IMG/VR virus record: IMGVR_UViG_3300028603_000002
Span: 107,909 to 171,908 of that record
Reading direction: 5' to 3' (one strand)
Origin: a virus
Lineage: Duplodnaviria; Caudoviricetes
Length of the DNA stretch: 64,000 nucleotides
The notes under the pieces are model-generated. The model was not told where the DNA came from. It did not search any database and was given only the letters and a program-made list of their open reading frames with translations. The position numbers and the translations under genes were made by a program. Of the stretch, positions 8,873 through 16,672 are shown in pieces; the stretch's first letter is position 1; every line of letters begins with the position of its first letter.

Positions 8873-9011
8873 AAAAATATATGGTATGGTGCAGAGTTGC
8901 AAACTCTGTTTTGCCAACAAAAGAACTATGGCTAACAGCACCTAACCTCAATAAATTATCACGGTATTCATCGGCTGTAAAGTTTTCAAAGTTTGTGGTT
9001 TCTATATTCAT
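8871..9011 (-). CDS. small cassette ORF (46 aa) reading through an attC left arm
   Basis: Manual translation MNIEPQTLKTF...LRLGAVSHSSF. Confidence 0.35.
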   Translation of the reverse strand: MNIETTNFENFTADEYRDNLLRLGAVSHSSFVGKTEFATLHHTIYF

Positions 9012-9035
9012 TTGTACTAATTTTAAGTTGAAGAT

Positions 9036-9057
9036 GTTAAGCTTATACGGATGTTAG
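9036..9057 (+). repeat. attI-like repeated site, copy 1 of 17
   Basis: GTTAAGCTTATACGGATGTTAG; other copies at 9600, 9959, 10228, 10476, 10826, 11481, 11789, 12083, 12356, 13130, 13390, 13733, 14208, 15611, 16326, 16666. Confidence 0.8.
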
Positions 9058-9284
9058 CAAACATTTTCCAACCCACACCGCACTTGAATATTTCCAAGTT
9101 CCAATTCTCTTTCAATATCTTCAATATCTCTCCAACAATCTACTCCAACTGTATAACTATACCATCCACAAAAATCTTCAATACTATCATCAAAATAACC
9201 TTCTGAATATATTTCATATTCAAAACCATCGACAAATTCTTCTATTGTCGGTATTCTATATCCTTTTCTTAATTCTTCTGCCAT
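9054..9284 (-). CDS. cassette gene, hypothetical
   Basis: 76 aa; stop codon lies inside the GTTAG core. Confidence 0.75.
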   Translation of the reverse strand: MAEELRKGYRIPTIEEFVDGFEYEIYSEGYFDDSIEDFCGWYSYTVGVDCWRDIEDIERELELGNIQVRCGLENVC

Positions 9285-9297
9285 CGCTAAAAACGTT

Positions 9298-9391
9298 TGC
9301 TAACAAGGTATATATGCAATACCCTATTAAGGTTTGTACTAAATTTTAAAGTTTGGTGCAAGGGTGCTGCATATATACCCAACCGTTAGCC
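9298..9391 (+). repeat. complete attC-like site
   Basis: GCTAAC...GGTATATATGCAATACCCT / AGGGTGCTGCATATATACC...AACCGTTAGC (17/19 paired). Confidence 0.8.
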
Positions 9392-9607
9392 ACCATTTGA
9401 CGACCGTTGTACTTCGACTGCAATTTCTTCAAGCAATTCAAGTATTTCATTTGCCCAAGTGTGGTCTATGTTTATTTTTGATACCTGAGTGTCAAATCCG
9501 AGCTTTTTAGCAACATCCATATCGTGTCGCATTTCGCCCTTGAATCTCCTGTATTCTTCTTTTTTCTTTGTGATGAGTTCTAATACTTTTTCCATAACCG
9601 TTATCAT
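9386..9607 (-). CDS. cassette gene, hypothetical helical protein
   Basis: 73-aa ORF. Confidence 0.65.
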   Translation of the reverse strand: MITVMEKVLELITKKKEEYRRFKGEMRHDMDVAKKLGFDTQVSKINIDHTWANEILELLEEIAVEVQRSSNGG

Positions 9608-9622
9608 TTATACAGGTGTTGA

Positions 9623-9913
9623 CTACTCACCAATATAGTGTGTTTCAAAATCATAACCATCATTTACCTTTTGAAGTTTACCTTCGTCAAGATTTATGAT
9701 TTCTCTTATATTTTTAAGTTTAGTGTCAGCAATTTCTTTTGTGTGTATTTCAATATCAATACCTCCAGAACCGTCACCATCAATTTGAATTGGCAATAAT
9801 CTGTTTGCACCAACATCACCACAATATTGTATTTTTCTGAGAGCAATCATAAAATCTTTTAAATCTTCATCAGAAATTGCTGTAATTCGCAAGTCAATAA
9901 ATTTTCGTTCCAT
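9623..9913 (-). CDS. cassette gene, hypothetical
   Basis: 96 aa with a DGDGS motif. Confidence 0.7.
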   Translation of the reverse strand: MERKFIDLRITAISDEDLKDFMIALRKIQYCGDVGANRLLPIQIDGDGSGGIDIEIHTKEIADTKLKNIREIINLDEGKLQKVNDGYDFETHYIGE

Positions 9914-9995
9914 ATTGTCGTTTTAAGTCGTTAAAATTATGTGCGCATAGCCATAACCGTTACCATTTATACGGGTATTGTAGCACATACGCTCA

Positions 9996-10199
9996 CTACT
10001 TTTTCGGTTTCAATTTACCGTCTGCACATTTAGGGCAGTATATTGTTTGATGTTTTGTAATTCTCCACCCTTTTTTACTCCACGCACTGGCAGCATCATA
10101 CGGGTCGCAATCCATTTCTCTTCCAATAGTTCTACACTTATGGCACATTATTGTGTTTTCAGTAGTACAATGTTCGTATAGTTCATGTATTTCATCCAT
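9996..10199 (-). CDS. cassette gene, Zn-ribbon protein
   Basis: CHKC...GW...CPKC. Confidence 0.7.
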   Translation of the reverse strand: MDEIHELYEHCTTENTIMCHKCRTIGREMDCDPYDAASAWSKKGWRITKHQTIYCPKCADGKLKPKK

Positions 10200-10250
10200 C
10201 TCCGTTCGTTTTAAGATGTTAGTAATAGTTTATAAGGGTATTATCGGCAA

Positions 10251-10463
10251 TTATTCCCAAGTAATTTCCACCATTTTTGCATCTTCCATCATTTTCATTA
10301 ATCCGCAAAATTCTCTCCAATGATATTCAGTTATTGTTTCACCTATACTATTACTAAGTTTATTTAAACAGTTGTATATCTCTGTATTAATATAACTACC
10401 GCTAACAACAGGTGTACTTGATGCTTGTGTTTCTGCCATTTGTAAGTTCGGTTCTTTTTTCAT
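10251..10463 (-). CDS. cassette gene reading through an attC left arm
   Basis: PVVSGS is the antisense translation of ACTACCGCTAACAAC. Confidence 0.65.
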   Translation of the reverse strand: MKKEPNLQMAETQASSTPVVSGSYINTEIYNCLNKLSNSIGETITEYHWREFCGLMKMMEDAKMVEITWE

Positions 10464-10508
10464 GTTGATTAGTTGGTTGGTTTATACGGGTGTTATAGGC
10501 AATTGCCA

Positions 10509-10757
10509 CTAAAGTATCTCTCTACATTCGGGACAATAATTTTCAGCAATTTGTTGAACCCATTTTTTATTTTTATGTTCACATCGTGGCAACTGTTCGC
10601 TTTGCCGTACAACATTGTATAAATCCAATTGCTTACGTGCTTCAATCAATTGAGCTTCCAACCAATCCTTGTAGTTGTCGAGGTCAAAGTGTATGTCTGT
10701 TTCACCAACCGTTTCAGGATGGTCAAGTCTAAATTCTTCTTCAAATGTATATCTCAT
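10509..10757 (-). CDS. cassette gene partly encoded in an attC loop, C-terminal Zn ribbon
   Basis: YNVVRQSEQL...CEH...CPEC. Confidence 0.7.
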   Translation of the reverse strand: MRYTFEEEFRLDHPETVGETDIHFDLDNYKDWLEAQLIEARKQLDLYNVVRQSEQLPRCEHKNKKWVQQIAENYCPECREIL

Positions 10758-10803
10758 AATTTCTGTTTTTTAATTCGCCCTACGCATACAATCGACCGTT
10801 AGC
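10605..10803 (+). repeat. large attC-like site containing coding sequence
   Basis: TACAAC-ATTGTAT ... ATACAAT-CGACCGTTAGC arms. Confidence 0.6.
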
Positions 10804-10855
10804 GTTCAGCCTATCGCTGCGGGTAGTTAAGTTTATACGGGTGTTAGGTGTAATG

Positions 10856-11134
10856 TCAACACCATTCTACGCTAATCACTTTTAGTTTACACCCATCAAC
10901 ATCATTTATTACATGCCCTTCCTTGGGGTGAGAGTCTGTAATTGATATTGGTTCATTTGTCGGTTCACACCCCATTTTGAACAATAGTCTTGAACCTTTA
11001 GGTAAAAATGCTTTTGAGGTCTTTGTGATGAACCAAGTTTTTAACTTTTCGTTACCCCAAGCAAATCGAACAACGCTACACCTAACATCCGCTATAGTGC
11101 ACGTATGTTCTGTTGTTTTTGTAATATTTTGCAT
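10856..11134 (-). CDS. cassette gene starting inside an attC loop
   Basis: HTCTIADVRCS is the antisense translation of the attC left arm. Confidence 0.65.
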   Translation of the reverse strand: MQNITKTTEHTCTIADVRCSVVRFAWGNEKLKTWFITKTSKAFLPKGSRLLFKMGCEPTNEPISITDSHPKEGHVINDVDGCKLKVISVEWC

Positions 11135-11199
11135 AACTCAAAGTTTATTTCTGTTTGGATGCGTTATTGAAGCCACGCACCATAGCTTTACCGTTAGGA
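11080..11199 (+). repeat. complete attC-like site
   Basis: CCTAAC..GCTATAGTGCACGT / ACGCACCATAGC..ACCGTTAGG. Confidence 0.75.
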
Positions 11200-11203
11200 G
11201 AAG

Positions 11204-11461
11204 TTAAAGAGAAAACCAATCACTTTCCTCTTGTCTACTCAGAAGCTCCTCAACAGCCTCTTTGGTAGCAGGACAAGCGGAGTAAAAACAATTCTTTGCT
11301 TTCACCTCAAGTTGCTTCAGCTTTTCAAAGTCTCCGTCCACTAATTGAAAAAGAAACAGAGTTTGCTCGTTGCTGTGATTAGTCCGATCGGTTAACCAAT
11401 TAAGTCGTTCTTTATCAAGCTCGTACTTATAGGTATCTTTGCGTCCATACTTCAATTCCAT
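11204..11461 (-). CDS. cassette gene, hypothetical
   Basis: 85-aa ORF. Confidence 0.7.
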   Translation of the reverse strand: MELKYGRKDTYKYELDKERLNWLTDRTNHSNEQTLFLFQLVDGDFEKLKQLEVKAKNCFYSACPATKEAVEELLSRQEESDWFSL

Positions 11462-11511
11462 ATTCTATTAGCTTTACGATGTTACTGTTTATACGGGTGT
11501 TAGACGCAACG

Positions 11512-11769
11512 CTAAGAAACCAACCTACCTTCGACATTTTCTTTCATTTTGATTAACTCATCCCTATAACCAGAACCACCATCTTGGTTGGAATAGGGCA
11601 TTTGCAAGTGTTCATTTATTTTTACCAACAACTTAGCTGTTTTCACTTTGTTATCCTGATGCTGGTCAATCCATTTATTGTATTTACGAATAACTTTGTT
11701 TAGTTTGGTTCTACCTTCTTTCCACCAAGATATACCTACATTTTCATCCCACTCTACTATTTTTTCCAT
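11512..11769 (-). CDS. cassette gene, hypothetical
   Basis: 85-aa ORF. Confidence 0.7.
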   Translation of the reverse strand: MEKIVEWDENVGISWWKEGRTKLNKVIRKYNKWIDQHQDNKVKTAKLLVKINEHLQMPYSNQDGGSGYRDELIKMKENVEGRLVS

Positions 11770-11817
11770 ATTCCGTTCGCTTTACGATGTTACTGTTTAT
11801 ACGGGTGTTGTGTGTAA

Positions 11818-12012
11818 TTAAAGCAAGCCATCGTTATTTTCGCCCATCATCGTATCAACGGCTTTTTCAGCATCTTTAGCCGCACTTTTAAGCAGCTTCT
11901 TTGTGTTTTCAGGTTCGTTTCCTGTGGCTACATCTACCACGTCTTTTACAATTGCAACAGGTGTAAGTGCTGTTTTTACTGCTGCTGAAATTACGTTTGT
12001 TAAGAATCCCAT
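11818..12012 (-). CDS. cassette gene, small amphipathic protein
   Basis: Likely start MGFLTNVISAAVKTALTPVAIVKDVVDV at 12012 (track ORF extends to 12174). Confidence 0.65.
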   Translation of the reverse strand: MGFLTNVISAAVKTALTPVAIVKDVVDVATGNEPENTKKLLKSAAKDAEKAVDTMMGENNDGLL

Positions 12013-12112
12013 TTGATTAAAATTAACTGCTGCCAACAATGTAGTAAGGCACAGGCAGCGTTTGTGCTTATCGCTGTGGGTGGTTGAGTTTATACGAGGG
12101 GTAGGTGTAATA

Positions 12113-12316
12113 CTAAAGATTCCTACTAACCAACCCTGTTCCATTACACCAAGTACAATCTTCTTCATTACCAAAATCGTCTATTTCAATTTTACCGCCA
12201 CCCCAACAAACAGTACATTCCAATAATTCCTTAGTGGAAGTACTGCTGCCAACAGCACCTAAATCGCTATTGGCGGTGCTGTGGTTGTTCTTACTTTCGT
12301 TCTTACTTTCGTTCAT
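12113..12316 (-). CDS. cassette gene, DnaJ-type Zn-finger (CxxCxGxG x2)
   Basis: CTVCWGGG and CTWCNGTG; LGAVGSS comes from an attC arm. Confidence 0.7.
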   Translation of the reverse strand: MNESKNESKNNHSTANSDLGAVGSSTSTKELLECTVCWGGGKIEIDDFGNEEDCTWCNGTGLVSRNL

Positions 12317-12380
12317 TACGGTTTAAGTTTTACCGAGTTTCCTAAATTGAGGGTAGTTATGTTTATACGGGTGTTGTGCT

Positions 12381-12785
12381 TCATGCAAGGAAACTCCCGT
12401 GCTTAATTATGAAGTACAGTTTATTAGGGTCTCCGCCTAAATCAGGCTTGCCCCATCCGATCTCAATTCCTTTGTGTTCCATTTTCAATATCCTTTCCTT
12501 ATCAGTTGATTTTGGATAACCCAATGTCATTGTGTTTGTAAGGAATGGCTTAAAACCAATCATACTTCTTTTCAATTTATCCCCTGCAATACTTGACAGA
12601 TAGGCGTTTATAGATTGTTTGTCCAAGTAATCCCAATCATATCCAGACGTGTACTTAAAAACCTTCTTATAGTCAAATACAAGTCTTTTAAACCAGTAAT
12701 CGTTTATGTCTCGATAATCTTCGGTTTTTACGCCCGATTTGGTCATGTCGAACCATTTTTTTTTAAGTGATAATTGCAAATTCAT
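12381..12785 (-). CDS. cassette gene, ASCH/PUA-like domain protein
   Basis: LSLKKKWFDMTKSGVKTEDYR...TLGY...GKPDLG. Confidence 0.75.
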   Translation of the reverse strand: MNLQLSLKKKWFDMTKSGVKTEDYRDINDYWFKRLVFDYKKVFKYTSGYDWDYLDKQSINAYLSSIAGDKLKRSMIGFKPFLTNTMTLGYPKSTDKERILKMEHKGIEIGWGKPDLGGDPNKLYFIIKHGSFLA

Positions 12786-12807
12786 TTTGTATCAGTTAAG
12801 CACGAAA

Positions 12808-12936
12808 GCACAACAATTGCTATAAAACATAGGGCGTTCGTGCGGTTATTAAAGTGTAGGGTTGTTTTTCAGGTGTTCGGTGTTTTCGAACAATTCGGCT
12901 ATCTATACCCTACGTTTCATGGCATAGCCGTTAGCG
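12808..12936 (+). repeat. complete attC-like site
   Basis: GCACAAC..TGCTATAAAACATAGGG / CCCTACGTTTCATGGCA..GCCGTTAGC (14/17 paired). Confidence 0.8.
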
Positions 12937-12937
12937 T

Positions 12938-13126
12938 TCATTTTGACGACGCTCTCCGTACTTCTTCATTAAGCACATCGTAATTGTCTTTAATGTACGC
13001 CTTTACATCGCCACTGCATTTGTTATTGTCATACAACCAAATCAGATAAGACGCAGGGACATTTATCATTTTATAACCTTGATATTTTCCCCAAGGCATA
13101 GGGCTTTCATCTGTTAAGTTTGCCAT
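12938..13126 (-). CDS. cassette gene, DUF3820-like
   Basis: Likely start MANLTDES at 13126; MPWGKYQG...VPASYLIWL. Confidence 0.75.
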   Translation of the reverse strand: MANLTDESPMPWGKYQGYKMINVPASYLIWLYDNNKCSGDVKAYIKDNYDVLNEEVRRASSK

Positions 13127-13163
13127 TTTGTTTAAGTTTATACTGGTGTTGTAGCACATACGA

Positions 13164-13379
13164 TCACTGCACTTTTGGTCTCCAATGTGTGATTTCGTAA
13201 TCAACATCACCATACTGTCTGTAATCGTAATGTCCAATTCCTGCCTCAATCCACCAAGTATCCCCCAAGTAGTAGCCAACAAGTATCTCATCATTATAGT
13301 CTTGCCTTAGCTCACAATCAATAGGCTCATCGTTTGCGTCTAATTCAGGCAGTCTTTCATTTACATTTATCCAATTCAT
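13164..13379 (-). CDS. cassette gene, DUF551-like
   Basis: MNWINVNERLP...ITHWRP. Confidence 0.8.
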   Translation of the reverse strand: MNWINVNERLPELDANDEPIDCELRQDYNDEILVGYYLGDTWWIEAGIGHYDYRQYGDVDYEITHWRPKVQ

Positions 13380-13417
13380 ATCAGTTCACGTTAAGTTTAT
13401 ACGGGTGTTAGCAGCAA

Positions 13418-13657
13418 TTATGCCCTTTTAGGATAGTGCTTCATACATTTGAAACAAGCCATTTCATCATATAGTGGTTTTAACTCAACATTGCAATCAG
13501 GGCATAACTGTTCGCTTTGCCCTACAACATCATGTATGTGTAAGGCTATGTTTAGTGCTTTATCAGCAAGTTTGTAAACAGTTGTAGTTCTAGCAAGCTG
13601 TTGTGTTTGCATTTGATGTTCCTTTATTTCTTCAAGTATCTTAATTATATCTTCCAT
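13418..13657 (-). CDS. cassette gene partly encoded in an attC loop, Zn ribbon
   Basis: LHIHDVVGQSEQLCPDC...CFKC. Confidence 0.7.
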   Translation of the reverse strand: MEDIIKILEEIKEHQMQTQQLARTTTVYKLADKALNIALHIHDVVGQSEQLCPDCNVELKPLYDEMACFKCMKHYPKRA

Positions 13658-13712
13658 TTCTAATAATGTTTAGTGTGAATATTCGCCCTACATATACACC
13701 CGGCCTTTAGCG
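13519..13712 (+). repeat. large attC-like site containing coding sequence
   Basis: TACAAC..TGTATGTGTAAGGC / GCCCTACATATACA..GCCTTTAGC. Confidence 0.65.
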
Positions 13713-13764
13713 TCCAGCCTATCGCTGTGGGTGATTAAGTTTATACGGGTGTTATGTGCAAGCA

Positions 13765-14154
13765 CTACTGACCTGCTTCTTTATCAAGTTTTTTATAATG
13801 TCGTATAACATACGCAAGTTTATCTCTAAAATTAACCCTTCGCAATTGTTGAATAATGTCGCTGAATTTTTGTGCTTCATTATCAGGTATCATCGAAATT
13901 AGTATATCATCGTGTTCGCAATGTATAGTTTCCATAAAATCATCTTGTGTCAAGCCTTCATCACAATGGTCATACATTTTTAATCTTGATGCTATTTCAG
14001 CACAATATTTGTGAGTTTTCCAGTCGTAAACTTGACCATCGTATTTGTGAGTAGATTTTATATAAGTATCACCTTTAGGTATTCTACACGCACAAAAATT
14101 ACAACTATGTTCTTTAATGGCTTTCGTTTCTTTTGGGTATGTTAATGTTTCCAT
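13765..14154 (-). CDS. cassette gene, Zn-binding hypothetical
   Basis: KAIKEHSCNFC..IPKGDTY...WKTHKYC. Confidence 0.75.
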   Translation of the reverse strand: METLTYPKETKAIKEHSCNFCACRIPKGDTYIKSTHKYDGQVYDWKTHKYCAEIASRLKMYDHCDEGLTQDDFMETIHCEHDDILISMIPDNEAQKFSDIIQQLRRVNFRDKLAYVIRHYKKLDKEAGQ

Positions 14155-14238
14155 ATTTTAATCAAATTTTAGTTGTTAATAACCCGCTACTACATATATC
14201 GGATGCGGTTAAGTTTATACGGGTGTTGTAGGCAAGCT

Positions 14239-14484
14239 CTACTTACATCTGAAGTGAGTGAGTACTGCCATCGGATGTTCATCTTCATATCTACATTCCG
14301 TACCATCATCAAACCTACACAGGCAGTTTCGTTTTGCGTACTCATTGAATATTGATTCATTACCTTCAAATTCGAGCCAGCCACTAACAGCAAATAAATC
14401 CAATATTCTGTCAGCGGTATTGGCAACGCTTTCACCTATTATACACTTGTTTAATAGGTCGATAATTTGTTCTCTTTTTTCCAT
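14239..14484 (-). CDS. cassette gene, hypothetical
   Basis: ILDLFAVSGWL reads through the attC left arm GCCAGCCACTAAC. Confidence 0.65.
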   Translation of the reverse strand: MEKREQIIDLLNKCIIGESVANTADRILDLFAVSGWLEFEGNESIFNEYAKRNCLCRFDDGTECRYEDEHPMAVLTHFRCK

Positions 14485-14503
14485 ACTGTCTTTATTATTT
14501 AAG

Positions 14504-14719
14504 TTAGTTGTAATGTCTCCATACTAAGCCACTCGCCTTTATATTTACCAGTGTAAAAGGGTATATTGCAAAAGCTCTCCAAAAGAAGGAAACTTCGGCA
14601 TCAAGTGCGCTTAGTATCCCGATAGTGGCGTACCACATAATCCATAATCCCACTATAAGCACCACCGCTAACAATCTACGAAATGCATTCCTATTGGTTT
14701 CTTTATAATTTTCATCCAT
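14504..14719 (-). CDS. small membrane protein
   Basis: Two hydrophobic segments; contains CCACCGCTAAC. Confidence 0.6.
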   Translation of the reverse strand: MDENYKETNRNAFRRLLAVVLIVGLWIMWYATIGILSALDAEVSFFWRAFAIYPFTLVNIKASGLVWRHYN

Positions 14720-14766
14720 GATTCTATGTTTTGTGTTTATTTATTAAATTCTATGGTTCAACGCAT

Positions 14767-14997
14767 CTAATACTCTTCCGTTGGCAGAAATACAAGTTGG
14801 CCGTTATCCCATCCGCTCAGGTTAATTTCAATCGGCAAAAGTGACTCCTTGCCGTCATATATGCCGTGCGTGTATTGATGCAAAAACGCTAACTGCTCAT
14901 TCTCTGTCAACTCGCGGGTAACCTTAAACGACCCAGAGCCTATCGTTTCGCCAGTGTCACGTTGGTAAACTTTGAATCTGTATGCAAATCTTTGCAT
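14767..14997 (-). CDS. hypothetical protein
   Basis: 76-aa ORF. Confidence 0.6.
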   Translation of the reverse strand: MQRFAYRFKVYQRDTGETIGSGSFKVTRELTENEQLAFLHQYTHGIYDGKESLLPIEINLSGWDNGQLVFLPTEEY

Positions 14998-15015
14998 TCT
15001 AATTTTTCTCTAATG

Positions 15016-15393
15016 TTAGGCACAAGCACTACCGACACGCTCCAAAATAGCATCTGCGTGACAAGGAGAAGAAAGCGAGCAAAAACACGCTAAATCCTTT
15101 CCTTTTAGTTCGGTAATGCTTGGCGGAGTTGGCAAATAAGGTGCAATTGCTTTTAATTCACCATCAAGCCATCGGCCGTATAAATCAACAATATCTTTTG
15201 TTTCAAATCCACCTGAATAACTCCACATTATCCAAGGGTCTAATATTTTCCGATTAGTCGAGTAGCATTGAATAAAGCCATCATGTGTTAATCGAAATGG
15301 ATTTCCCCATTTAGTAGGTCTCCCTACATACTTTGCGTTTTCGGGCATTCTCCATCCCTTTGTTCGCCTTCTTTGTATTCGTTTCATAATCAA
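15016..15393 (-). CDS. DUF4326-like protein
   Basis: YVGRPTKWGNPF...ELKGKDLACFC...CHADAILE. Confidence 0.85.
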   Translation of the reverse strand: MIMKRIQRRRTKGWRMPENAKYVGRPTKWGNPFRLTHDGFIQCYSTNRKILDPWIMWSYSGGFETKDIVDLYGRWLDGELKAIAPYLPTPPSITELKGKDLACFCSLSSPCHADAILERVGSACA

Positions 15394-15399
15394 AATTTA

Positions 15400-15600
15400 T
15401 CACTTATTTGGTAGTTCTGGCAACTCCGTCCAATGAGAAGGGAACACGCTCTCCCCATTTACTACCCATGTTTTGCCATCTTTGTGTAAATGTCCAACCC
15501 TCATTATAGAGTCTTCACCTGTTTCTTGAAGTATTAGCAACACTTCTACTTCCGTATCGGGGGTATTGTAATTTACATCAAACCAAATTGTTTCATTCAT
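15400..15600 (-). CDS. DUF551-like protein
   Basis: WFDV...P...EVLL...SHWTELPELP. Confidence 0.75.
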   Translation of the reverse strand: MNETIWFDVNYNTPDTEVEVLLILQETGEDSIMRVGHLHKDGKTWVVNGESVFPSHWTELPELPNK

Positions 15601-15638
15601 ATCTGTTCACGTTAAGTTTATATAGGTGTTAGCAAACA

Positions 15639-16028
15639 TTAGGTAAGTGATATGTAATATTTTTTCTTTTGATTTTCGACTGCATCAACAAACCAACTTG
15701 GTAAGTTGTATTCAGTACATATTTTTTCAAACTCTATTTTAGGTAAGTAGCCTTTTGCTCTATCTTCTGCATACATTTTTATATGTAGGTTTACACTACC
15801 TTTCGTCTTTAATAGAGTTTTTAACTTTTCAGGTTCACAAGTTGGTTTTATTACACCATTAGTATCATATAGGTAAAAACATTCCTTTGCGGTTTTACCG
15901 TTTTTATCAAATTGTATCAATTCAATTCCTTTTTTATTATGATAGTATTCAGTACCATCAAAAGAAAAAATATTAGATACAGATAAGTACCAATTATAGT
16001 CTCGCTCAAAGTTTTTGCTGTATTTCAT
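15639..16028 (-). CDS. cassette gene, hypothetical
   Basis: Likely start MKYSKNF at 16028; flanked by complementary cassette ends. Confidence 0.7.
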   Translation of the reverse strand: MKYSKNFERDYNWYLSVSNIFSFDGTEYYHNKKGIELIQFDKNGKTAKECFYLYDTNGVIKPTCEPEKLKTLLKTKGSVNLHIKMYAEDRAKGYLPKIEFEKICTEYNLPSWFVDAVENQKKKYYISLT

Positions 16029-16061
16029 AACGTTTGCTAACAAAGTGTATGTGTAATAAGG

Positions 16062-16277
16062 CTACTTATCTACTACCTTTTCAACTTTCAACTCATAAAG
16101 CTCACCTTTGTATTTAAACTGAACTTTTTCTTCAAGCTGTAAAAGGTGTTGAGCTACTGCGCCAACAGCCGTATCTGTTACATCATGTTTTGTTTGCCCC
16201 CAAGTTCCGTTCTTCAAAACTCTTCCAGCAAATAATCTACTCGTTAAAGGTGAGCAACCTACTTTAAAATCTGACAT
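16062..16277 (-). CDS. hypothetical phage protein
   Basis: VGCSPLTSRLFAG...KHDVTD.AV.AVAQHL, a recurrent phage family pattern. Confidence 0.75.
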   Translation of the reverse strand: MSDFKVGCSPLTSRLFAGRVLKNGTWGQTKHDVTDTAVGAVAQHLLQLEEKVQFKYKGELYELKVEKVVDK

Positions 16278-16354
16278 AATCTTTTTGTTTTAATACTGAC
16301 TACTTTACATTCCATATCAGTTTCCGTTAAGTTTATATAGATGTTGACAGCCAT

Positions 16355-16621
16355 TTATTGAAACCACTGCTTAATCTGTTCTGTTCTTTGTTCGATCATC
16401 TCATTAATCTTTGGCAGCAATGGATAATTAGTTTCGTCAATCCAAACAGTTTCAGACTTACCATCTTTGCCTAATATAACTGTCGGAGTTGCTACAGAAT
16501 AAATTTCTGTTCTTTTAGCGTGGAGTTGTTGCAACTGGTTATCGTTCAAGATCGCTTCTGAAATTAAACGGGGGCGAAGAGCGTATTTATTCAATGTGGA
16601 GTTTTTGTCGTTATTGTTCAT
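16355..16621 (-). CDS. cassette gene, hypothetical
   Basis: 88-aa ORF. Confidence 0.6.
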   Translation of the reverse strand: MNNNDKNSTLNKYALRPRLISEAILNDNQLQQLHAKRTEIYSVATPTVILGKDGKSETVWIDETNYPLLPKINEMIEQRTEQIKQWFQ

Positions 16622-16672
16622 TTCGGTATTTCGTTTTAATCTTCCGCGCTGGCATAGCGGATGACGTTAAGT

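Noticed and set aside
16035-16330. Giant attC enclosing ORF 16062-16277
   Set aside because: The left arm is clear, but pairing with the candidate right arm near 16300 is too weak to call.
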